A stretch of 64,000 bases of DNA from Niameybacter sp. Lineage in GTDB: Bacteria; Bacillota; Clostridia; Lachnospirales; Cellulosilyticaceae. Below, in pieces: positions 18,195-25,847 of this stretch. The stretch spans positions 94-64,093 of the forward strand of contig NZ_JAVVQU010000002.1 of the NCBI RefSeq assembly GCF_036655075.1, given 5' to 3'. Numbering within the stretch: the first letter of the stretch is position 1; each line of letters starts with the position of its first letter. Below the pieces are notes generated by a model. The model was given only the letters and a program-made list of their open reading frames with translations. It was not told where the DNA came from and made no database searches. The translations under genes and the position numbers were made by a program.

Positions 18195-18223
18195 TTGACA
18201 AACCACTAGCTGGACGTTATGCT
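18195..18223 (+). promoter_or_regulatory. Candidate sigma-A promoter of the TetR gene
   Basis: TTGACA (18195-18200), 17-nt spacer, TATGCT (18218-18223). Confidence 0.35.
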
Positions 18224-18260
18224 CTTAACATATATTATCCTAATAAGCAGGTGTTGTGCT

Positions 18261-18902
18261 ATGACAGAAAAACTTGACCTACGTGTAGAGCGCACACAAA
18301 AAACCATTCAACGCGCTTTTATCGATTTACTTCATATAACGCCTTATCCAAATATTTATATTAAAGATATTGCCGAAAAAGCTATGATTAATCGTAAAAC
18401 TTTTTATACTTATTATGACAATAAAGACATTCTTTATGACGAAATAATCTCTCTTTTTTTTGAGAGATTATGTTCAACCTTTATCTATGAAAAACAAGTT
18501 CCTACCCATGGTGGGGGTAGAGAAGATCTAAGTAGTGATGTTTACCAATTTCTTGCCCTACTTGAAGCCGAGAAAGAAGACCTATTCTACTTACTCCATC
18601 CGACTTTGAATCCATTGTGGTTCCCTCTTCTAGAAAGCACTATTATCATGAAGAAAAATGAACTTCATATTCGCTCTTCCAAAAAAGAAAGTGCAGAAGA
18701 TATTCCTTTCAAGCTGTATATTGATACGATTTCTTCACTTTTTGTCATCTGGATTTACTGGTGGCTTAGCCAAGAAGAGTATACCCTTGAACAAGGTACC
18801 AAACATCTTTGTCGTATGATGAATAAGACAATGCCTAATATTTTCCGCTACTCAAAACCCCCACTCTACAATGAAAAAGACGAGGATTATTGCACCCAAT
18901 AA
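18261..18902 (+). CDS. TetR/AcrR-family transcriptional regulator
   Basis: The N-terminal HTH RTQKTIQRAFIDLL..IKDIAEKAMINRKTFYTYY is typical. ATG 18261 is preferred to the track start. Confidence 0.8.
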   Translation: MTEKLDLRVERTQKTIQRAFIDLLHITPYPNIYIKDIAEKAMINRKTFYTYYDNKDILYDEIISLFFERLCSTFIYEKQVPTHGGGREDLSSDVYQFLALLEAEKEDLFYLLHPTLNPLWFPLLESTIIMKKNELHIRSSKKESAEDIPFKLYIDTISSLFVIWIYWWLSQEEYTLEQGTKHLCRMMNKTMPNIFRYSKPPLYNEKDEDYCTQ

Positions 18903-18935
18903 TCCTCGTCTTTTATATATTCTATATTTATACTT

Positions 18936-19616
18936 TTACGCAAATAGTTCGCTTTCTAATAACTCTAAGTCTACTCTTATAAAGGCTTCTAAACCTTTTG
19001 CAAACTGTGGATATACAAAATCAGTTGGAGCTTGTTCCATATCTTTTGCATATTGTGGAATCCAAGTTAATAAATGCTCTTTGATAAAAGTCTTTTGACC
19101 TTCTAATGTGAATTTTAAAGTTTCTAAGTCCCCTTGTGCAAAAGCTTCTTGTGCACGGGCACTCATTTTCGCCATAAAGTGTAGTTCTATAGCTAAATGG
19201 TCATCTGCTACTTGTAAATAGGCCTGTGGTACAAAGCCATATTGTTGATAAGCTTTACGTACAGCTACTGTACTTTCTAAAAAGAGCATTTTCTCTCTCC
19301 CTAAGTACATAGAAGCCCAAGGATATGCTACAAGTTTGCCTGGTCCAATAAGTAGCTTGGTATACTCTGTTTTCACCTGTTCTAAGAACCCCTCTTCTTT
19401 AAGCTTCATCTTTAAATCCATGGCATGTGCACTCATTGCATCAAAGGTATCATCTGCCTCTGTAGTATAAAGTGACCAAGCAATGGCCGTATGGTCTGTA
19501 GCCATTTGTTTTAAAAGTTCATCACTTGGTTCCCCTCCAAAAAGGGCATGGGTTAATTCATATAGATAAATTCTATTTGCTAAAATAATTTCTTGAATTT
19601 CTTTTTTATTTTCCAT
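18936..19616 (-). CDS. TorD/DmsD-family redox-enzyme maturation chaperone
   Basis: ANRIYLYELTHALFGGEP..DDHLAIELHFMA is a TorD-like pattern. The start is ATG 19616 or GTG 19661. Confidence 0.7.
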   Translation of the reverse strand: MENKKEIQEIILANRIYLYELTHALFGGEPSDELLKQMATDHTAIAWSLYTTEADDTFDAMSAHAMDLKMKLKEEGFLEQVKTEYTKLLIGPGKLVAYPWASMYLGREKMLFLESTVAVRKAYQQYGFVPQAYLQVADDHLAIELHFMAKMSARAQEAFAQGDLETLKFTLEGQKTFIKEHLLTWIPQYAKDMEQAPTDFVYPQFAKGLEAFIRVDLELLESELFA

Positions 19617-19647
19617 TTGATTGTCTCTTACTTTCTTTAAATTTCTC

Positions 19648-20676
19648 TTAGGCCCCTTCACAAGCTATACAAAGAGCTGTCGCTTCACCTTTTGGAATAG
19701 GACGTCCACACTTTGTACATCTACTTTGTTCTATGGTATTAAGGGTTGCAGGCATTAAGTTTCTTACTTGGACTTTGGTCATTCCGCTTATTCCTCCTTC
19801 TGGGCAAAGGGCCTCACATAGTCCACACTGAGTACATTTTAAAAGATGTAAGTTTAAGGCACTTACTGTATCATCCACTTTCACCCATTCGAGTGCGCCT
19901 TGGGGACATATTTTTTCACATAATCCACATCCCCAACAGCAGTCAGTCAATTGAGGTACTTGCCAAGTGAAGGTCTGCTCCATACAACTCATCTGATTAT
20001 GTAGAAGCATCCTATACCAAAGGCCTGAGGCATGTTGCTCTTTTCCTAAGAAGTCTGGAACAAGTTTCGCCACTGACTTTTTAGAAGTCTTAAGAAAAAG
20101 TCCCATAAGTTCTCTTCTTGAGTAGGCCACCTTCTCTACTTCATGCTCATCTAAGTTTAAGATCAGATGTTCACTAAAGCAAGCTTCTCCCACAACCTCC
20201 ATCACTTGCATCAGCTGTTGCTTTAAGCTTTCAACGGCCTCTTCTTGATGACAATTTTGGCAGCTTCTTACATCTAGTATAACTTGCTTTTGCAAGATTA
20301 AATAGGCCATAAACTCCCACGGTATACTGGCTAAGCAAGGTACCTTTAGACTCTCACACTGGGTATTGTGGGTACAACTCATCCATACCTTTTCCCCTCT
20401 TTGTTCTATCATTTGATACAGTTTGGTCATCGTATTCTTAGAGGAGGCAATAGCCCTTGATGGACAAACTACAACACACTTATTACAATCTTTACACCCG
20501 TTCCAATCCGTTACTTTCCCTGGTCTTTTGTAAATGTTTGCCTCGCATTGTGTCTTACATAGGGTACACACTTTTTTACGCTGCTTATGATTCATGCAAT
20601 GACTTATATCCACAGTAGGATGGTCTTGCTCGGTCATCTTATCAAATACATATTGGGTTAAAATGCCACCTAGCAT
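19648..20676 (-). CDS. Cytoplasmic poly-ferredoxin (multiple 4Fe-4S motifs, NapF-like)
   Basis: CKDCNKCVVVCP, CWGCGLCEKICP and CTQCGLCEALCP, plus further Cys clusters. No signal peptide or TM segment. Confidence 0.7.
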   Translation of the reverse strand: MLGGILTQYVFDKMTEQDHPTVDISHCMNHKQRKKVCTLCKTQCEANIYKRPGKVTDWNGCKDCNKCVVVCPSRAIASSKNTMTKLYQMIEQRGEKVWMSCTHNTQCESLKVPCLASIPWEFMAYLILQKQVILDVRSCQNCHQEEAVESLKQQLMQVMEVVGEACFSEHLILNLDEHEVEKVAYSRRELMGLFLKTSKKSVAKLVPDFLGKEQHASGLWYRMLLHNQMSCMEQTFTWQVPQLTDCCWGCGLCEKICPQGALEWVKVDDTVSALNLHLLKCTQCGLCEALCPEGGISGMTKVQVRNLMPATLNTIEQSRCTKCGRPIPKGEATALCIACEGA

Positions 20677-20698
20677 CCTATTCCCCCTTTCATTTCAT

Positions 20699-20744
20699 AA
20701 AAAAGGGGGTCGTGCTTAATATCCTTCTAAAGCGACCCCTTTTA
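20699..20744 (-). terminator. Intra-cluster terminator or attenuator-like hairpin between tatC and the ferredoxin gene
   Basis: Stem GGGGTCG/CGACCCC with a 20-nt loop, flanked by A and T runs. The RBS of the ferredoxin gene follows immediately. Confidence 0.4.
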
Positions 20745-20749
20745 AAATA

Positions 20750-21502
20750 TTATTCTTGTTGAGCTTTCAACTTTTTCTTATATAAAAACTGACTGATTCG
20801 TATACTGATTTCAAATAACAAAATCATGGGTATCGCCACCATCATTTGAGATACAACATCCGGTGGTGTAATAATCGCACAAATGACAAAAATAATAATG
20901 ATAATAACTTTTCTACCTTGTATCAACCATTCTGGCTTAAGTATCCCAAGCTTTGTTAACACTGCAATCACTACAGGCATTTCAAAAATCATACCAAATG
21001 TGAGTAATGAAGTCATCACAAAACTAATATAGTTGGTAATAGATAGACTGGCTGTAACATGTGCCGACATATTGATATTAATAAAAAAGCTTAGCATAAA
21101 TGGAAAGACGATGATATAGGAGAAGTATGCACCTACACCAAAGCAAATCAATCCAAAGAAAAGTCCTACTAAAATCGATCTGTTTTCTTTTTTATTCAGC
21201 CCAGGTTTTAAAAAGGCCCATAGCTGATATAAAATAACTGGTAAAGCACATATTGTTCCTGCAATGAAGGTCACTTTAATATACTGCATAAAAAGTTCTG
21301 CTGGTGCAAGGTAAATCAATTTATAACCATAGGATTTAGCCACATCCACTAATGTATTGACAATAAGGTGGGAAAAGTTAAAGCAGACTACACAAGTAAT
21401 GGCTAAAGTGATTGCAACAATCACTAAACGCTTTCGCAACTCTCCCAAATGGTCAACAAGTCCCATGATTCCAGCTTTATTCGCTGATTTCTTCTTGTTC
21501 AT
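20750..21502 (-). CDS. tatC: Twin-arginine translocase subunit TatC
   Basis: 250 aa with 6 TM segments. LVDHLGELRKRL and PPDVVSQ are TatC motifs. Confidence 0.9.
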   Translation of the reverse strand: MNKKKSANKAGIMGLVDHLGELRKRLVIVAITLAITCVVCFNFSHLIVNTLVDVAKSYGYKLIYLAPAELFMQYIKVTFIAGTICALPVILYQLWAFLKPGLNKKENRSILVGLFFGLICFGVGAYFSYIIVFPFMLSFFININMSAHVTASLSITNYISFVMTSLLTFGMIFEMPVVIAVLTKLGILKPEWLIQGRKVIIIIIFVICAIITPPDVVSQMMVAIPMILLFEISIRISQFLYKKKLKAQQE

Positions 21503-21647
21503 TGAGTTCTCCGCCTACTCCATCTTTAAACCCTTTAAGTGTTTTTCCAAAAGTTTTACCAAGCTTTGGTAATTGTTTTGGTCCAAAGATAACGATAACG
21601 ATTGTAAGTATGACTAATAATTCAGGTACACCCATTTTTCCAAACAT
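21477..21647 (-). CDS. tatA: Twin-arginine translocase subunit TatA (56 aa, below the ORF-track cut-off)
   Basis: Hand translation gives MFGKMGVPELLVILTIVIVIFGPKQLPKLGKTFGKTLKGFKDG.. with a GAGGAG RBS. It overlaps the tatC start by 26 nt. Confidence 0.8.
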   Translation of the reverse strand: MFGKMGVPELLVILTIVIVIFGPKQLPKLGKTFGKTLKGFKDGVGGELNEQEEISE

Positions 21648-21741
21648 TTTATATTGTCTCCTCTTCTAATTGCTATTTTGTATAATTTTTGGTGGCGAGG
21701 CTTTCTTGTTGAAGGGTTTGTGTACCTTCTGAATGCGTTGC

Positions 21742-22053
21742 CTATTCAGTAGTCTTTACTGGTGTTGATGTTGTTTTCACACTACTGATTGGTTTTCCAA
21801 TTTGATTAATAGTTGCTTTAACTTCTGTTAAAGGTTCTGAAACCTCTTTTGCAATCTTTTGGAGTGGCTCAGATACTTCTTTTAAAGGTTCAGCTATACT
21901 GGTATTCATTTCCTCTACAAATTTACCCGAATAGTCTTTAAAAGTGCTCAAAGCCTGCCCTAATTTCTTTGCATAAAGTGGGAGCTTCTCAGGCCCTAAA
22001 ACAATCAGTGCTACTATAAAGATTATGATTAACTCAAAAAATCCAATTTTCAT
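21742..22053 (-). CDS. Second TatA/TatB-family protein (TatB-like GPEKLP motif)
   Basis: MKIGFFELIIIFIVALIVLGPEKLPLYAKKLGQAL. The C-terminal tail carries a repeated EVSEPL unit. Confidence 0.7.
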   Translation of the reverse strand: MKIGFFELIIIFIVALIVLGPEKLPLYAKKLGQALSTFKDYSGKFVEEMNTSIAEPLKEVSEPLQKIAKEVSEPLTEVKATINQIGKPISSVKTTSTPVKTTE

Positions 22054-22186
22054 AAGGATTCATCCTTTCGCCTTAATTGCGTATTCATTATAGCAAGGCT
22101 CATCATTTTATGTCAACTTTCCCTTTGCTTAATGAAGTAAAAGAGACTGGTAAGCCAGCCCCTTTTTACCCCTTTTCATCTAATAC

Positions 22187-22750
22187 TTAGACGTGTTTTT
22201 CTGTAAAGTTTTCTTCTGTAGCCGCAGCTTTTGGCTTAATTGCAAGATTTGGTTTTGTTTCGTTACTTGGTAAAATTGGTAATTCATTCACTGGTTTTTC
22301 ACCTTGGAAATCTTTCATTTCACCAAACTTTAAGCAACGCATCATACATGCATCTACACAAGCTGGATTTTTTCCTTCTTGTCTTTGTGCATAACAACTA
22401 TCACATTTGCCCATTTTTTCAATGGATTTTACAAATTTAGGTGCTTTGTAAGGACATGCTTTACTACAGCTTAAGCAGCCTACGCAAAGTTCTTGATCTA
22501 CAACAACTGCACCTTCTTCAGTTTTGTACATTGCACCTACTGGACATACTTCTACACAAGCTGGTTTGTCACAATGGTTACAGCTTGCAGAGTAGTGATA
22601 AAATCCTGGATTTGGAAACGCTCCTGCTTCGTATGTTTTTACTGTACGGAAGTTTACGCCTGTTTCTGTATTATTTCTATCTTTACATGCGATAAAACAA
22701 GCTTTACAGCCAACGCATGTTGTCATATCAAAATAAAATCCTTTTGCCAT
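22187..22750 (-). CDS. dmsB: DmsB-type 4Fe-4S electron-transfer subunit
   Basis: CVGCKACFIACK, CNHCDKPACVEVCP and CVGCLSCSKACP, laid out as the four-cluster ferredoxin of DMSO-reductase-family enzymes. Confidence 0.8.
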   Translation of the reverse strand: MAKGFYFDMTTCVGCKACFIACKDRNNTETGVNFRTVKTYEAGAFPNPGFYHYSASCNHCDKPACVEVCPVGAMYKTEEGAVVVDQELCVGCLSCSKACPYKAPKFVKSIEKMGKCDSCYAQRQEGKNPACVDACMMRCLKFGEMKDFQGEKPVNELPILPSNETKPNLAIKPKAAATEENFTEKHV

Positions 22751-22756
22751 CTTCTA

Positions 22757-25435
22757 TTATTCCTCCTCAGCAAATATTATACGTTGTGGCACTTCAATGT
22801 CTTTGGGAAGGGCTTCTTCGTATTTTTCAAAGTTACAAATACATGTGTTAAAGCCTGATACCCCAAGACCTGTTGAGTTACCGCCACAAAGAATGTTGTC
22901 AGAACCTGCTTTATCAATACCTGTTTTTTCATCAATGTCTGCCCATGTACCATGTGGTAAGCCAATAACACCTGGCATCATACGGTTTGTTACACAAGCT
23001 TGACGAAGTACTTGACCATGTTTACTTGAAACAAGAACTGTATCTCCATCTACAACCCCTTTATCTTTTGCATCTAAAGTTGCAAGGAATACTGGGTTTG
23101 GACAGGCTTCACGTAACCAAATATTGTTGTCAAAGATTGTATGAGAACGTCTTTGGTAGTGTGGGTTCATAACTTGGTATGGATAATCCCCTTTATCACC
23201 TTTTTCAAAGTCACTAAATGTATCTTTATAACCTTCTAATGCATCTACATATTTTGGAATAGGTGGTACATCACTGTATCCTTGTGAAGAAATAAGGTCA
23301 CTTAAGTATTGTGAGTAAATTTCTAACTTCCCACTGTTACTCCAAAGTGGATTTTCTTCTGGACTTTCACGGAATTTATCGTAAGCGATGAAACCATATG
23401 GGTCTCCTTCGTAACGACGTACTTGGTAAATACCATCTTCTAAGAATTTCTTAAGTGGTACACGACCTGCATGAGGTGTTGCTTCATAGCCCCACTCTTT
23501 GATATCTTCTTCTGTCACTTCGATTAAGTCTTCAAATCCTGAACCATCTTCTTTAATCACTTGTGCTGTTACAAGTTGGTTAAAGAATTCTTGTCTTTGT
23601 GGCATCGTGTAAAGGTCATCTGGATTGATATCAAACTTCTTAGCAAGTTCTGAAATAATCCATGAATCATCTTTTGCTTCAAAGAGTGGTTCTATCACTT
23701 TAGAGAAGGCAATGATCATTTCACGGTTTATCCGTGTTGCGAACATTGGGTCTCTTTCCCATGTTGTTGTAACAGGTAATACGATATCGGCATATTTTGA
23801 ATTTGTTGTTAAGAAGTGTGATTGACTCACTACAAACTCAACTTCTCTATGTGCACGAATACCTTCATTCATACCACTTCTTGTTTGAAGTGCTGCAACT
23901 TGTGCATGCCAAATCATTTGAATGTTAATTGGTTGCTTTGTTACTTTTTTAGTTAAGTCAATGCCTTCAATACCAGCTTTCCAGTTTGGATTGCCACAGA
24001 TTCCGCTAAGTGCTGCTGTTGGTGTGTATTCTTTGTTAAGAATTGCACGCCAAAGTTCTGTATTGTTGATTGAAATTGGTGCATGCTTTTTGATACCTGC
24101 TGGTGCACCTGCTGAACCTGGATAAATAAGGCTTGGACCCATGTTTGCTGTATAGTTCCAACATGAAACCCCTGCAGTATGACCAGATTTACCATAGTGA
24201 CCACCCATAGCTGCTACTGTCATGAAAAGCTGTGGAAGAGACTCTGAGTTATATGTACGTGCTGGTGACCAACCTGTAAGCATAGATACTTTATTGTCTT
24301 TGCCAAGTACTCTAGCAAGTTCAATGATATCTTCTACATTGGCACCACAAATTTGGGCTGCCCATTCTGGTGTTTTTGGTGTGTTGTCGTATTTACCAAG
24401 TACATAGTCTTTAAAGTTTTCATTAGTTCTTGCATCACTTGGCATAGTCTCTGCATCAAAACCTACTGTACAACGTTTTAAGAAGTCCCAGTCAATAAGT
24501 GGGTTCTTTTCACTATCTTCTGTAATCATTGTGTAAGCCAGTGCATGTAAAAGTGCTGCATCTGTACCTGGACGTACTGGAATCCATTTTGCATCTAAAA
24601 TAGAAGCTGTATCTGTATAAATTGGGTCAATAACAATGAATTTAGCACCTGCTTTTTTCATTGCTAAGTAATGTTGTGTTGCATTTCCAAGTGCACTCCA
24701 TGCTGGGTTTGCACCAAAGAGTACGATGTACTCTGAGTTTCTCATATCGAAACGGTCATTGATAATTTCTGAGAATTTACAGCCCTCACCTACACCGATT
24801 ACAGATGAGTTCCACCAGCTTCCCCATGAACTTGTACCCCATTCTGTTGTGTAAGGACCCATTGCACCAAGTAAAGTTTTTCCTTCACCGTTTGCATAGA
24901 TAGAAGTTGGGCCGTATTTGCCTTGGATTCTTTTGATTTCGCTAGCAACGATTTCAATCGCTTCTTCCCAGCTAATTCTTTCCCATTCATCTTGTCCACG
25001 AAGTGATTTGTCTCCACCTCCTGGTGCCCAATTTTTACGTTTCATTGGGTATTTTAAACGATCTGCTCCAAGTACTTGTTGTCTTTGTGAGCGACCACGA
25101 AGACAAGCTCTTTGTTGTGGGTAGTCCATGCTATCTTCGTGTGTATCGTCAGTTTTTTGTCTTACGACAATACCATCTACGATTAACGCTTTATTTAAGC
25201 ATCTTCCTCCACAGTTGTGCCAACATGGTGCTGTTACCCATGTGCCACCTTCTTCTTTATTTTCAATTGGGCTATGTTCAAGATCATCAAATTTATCATC
25301 TGATTCAGTTACTTTGTTTGCACTACATCCAGCTAAAGATAAAGCTGAAACAGCTGCTGTCGCTACAACACTTCCTTTTAAGAAGTCACGACGTGTTACT
25401 GCACGGTTCATTAGTTTATCAAGAATTTTTGACAT
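22757..25435 (-). CDS. DMSO-reductase-family (bis-MGD) molybdopterin oxidoreductase catalytic subunit, Tat-exported lipoprotein; substrate unknown
   Basis: Twin-arginine signal TRRDFLKG followed by lipobox LSLAGC. FS0 motif CWHNCGGRC..ACLRG. 892 aa. Confidence 0.8.
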   Translation of the reverse strand: MSKILDKLMNRAVTRRDFLKGSVVATAAVSALSLAGCSANKVTESDDKFDDLEHSPIENKEEGGTWVTAPCWHNCGGRCLNKALIVDGIVVRQKTDDTHEDSMDYPQQRACLRGRSQRQQVLGADRLKYPMKRKNWAPGGGDKSLRGQDEWERISWEEAIEIVASEIKRIQGKYGPTSIYANGEGKTLLGAMGPYTTEWGTSSWGSWWNSSVIGVGEGCKFSEIINDRFDMRNSEYIVLFGANPAWSALGNATQHYLAMKKAGAKFIVIDPIYTDTASILDAKWIPVRPGTDAALLHALAYTMITEDSEKNPLIDWDFLKRCTVGFDAETMPSDARTNENFKDYVLGKYDNTPKTPEWAAQICGANVEDIIELARVLGKDNKVSMLTGWSPARTYNSESLPQLFMTVAAMGGHYGKSGHTAGVSCWNYTANMGPSLIYPGSAGAPAGIKKHAPISINNTELWRAILNKEYTPTAALSGICGNPNWKAGIEGIDLTKKVTKQPINIQMIWHAQVAALQTRSGMNEGIRAHREVEFVVSQSHFLTTNSKYADIVLPVTTTWERDPMFATRINREMIIAFSKVIEPLFEAKDDSWIISELAKKFDINPDDLYTMPQRQEFFNQLVTAQVIKEDGSGFEDLIEVTEEDIKEWGYEATPHAGRVPLKKFLEDGIYQVRRYEGDPYGFIAYDKFRESPEENPLWSNSGKLEIYSQYLSDLISSQGYSDVPPIPKYVDALEGYKDTFSDFEKGDKGDYPYQVMNPHYQRRSHTIFDNNIWLREACPNPVFLATLDAKDKGVVDGDTVLVSSKHGQVLRQACVTNRMMPGVIGLPHGTWADIDEKTGIDKAGSDNILCGGNSTGLGVSGFNTCICNFEKYEEALPKDIEVPQRIIFAEEE

Positions 25436-25512
25436 ATTCTTGCCCCTTCCTTATGTGTATGACAAAATTCATTATAGCATAGACTTTGTCTTTTTTATGA
25501 CACACTCAGAGG

Positions 25513-25538
25513 GTAAGTGTTACTTAGGTAACACTTAC
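25513..25538. promoter_or_regulatory. Perfect palindrome GTAAGTGTTAC-TTAG-GTAACACTTAC upstream of the molybdoenzyme gene (candidate operator)
   Basis: 11-bp arms with a 4-bp spacer. It is centred about 61 nt upstream of a TSS inferred from the minus-strand extended -10 TGcTATAAT (25471-25479). Confidence 0.4.
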
Positions 25539-25768
25539 CTCTTTATTGTTACTTTTTAAACAAACTTTCTAGGTTATAAACTTTTTTTACACTGCCCATT
25601 TTATAAGCTTTTTTAGCTATCAATGTTTCAATAAAATTTATTAAAACTATAAAAGGCTTTAAGCCATCCATCCAACTATTCATGGACTTAAACCCACTTA
25701 AGGGGCTACTGATGGAAGACTACAGCAACTGAATGCACTAAAAATGCATTCTCCAATGCTATCAACCC

Positions 25769-25815
25769 AAAACCTAAAGGCAGTGACTTCAAATGAAGCC
25801 ACTGCTTAGGTTTTT
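25769..25815 (-). terminator. Terminator after the arylsulfotransferase gene
   Basis: Imperfect long stem (AACCTAAGCAGTGGCTTCA/TGAAGTCACTGCCTTTAGGTT on the minus strand) followed by TTTT. Confidence 0.5.
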
Positions 25816-25847
25816 CGTGTTGCTATTTAATTTACTCTTTGTGTGCT

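Noticed and set aside
18089-18218. Looked for a Moco riboswitch upstream of moaC, and also upstream of the molybdoenzyme gene at 25436-25770.
   Set aside because: The moaC leader is too short, and neither region shows a Moco-motif architecture I can recognise by eye. A covariance-model scan would be needed to exclude one formally.
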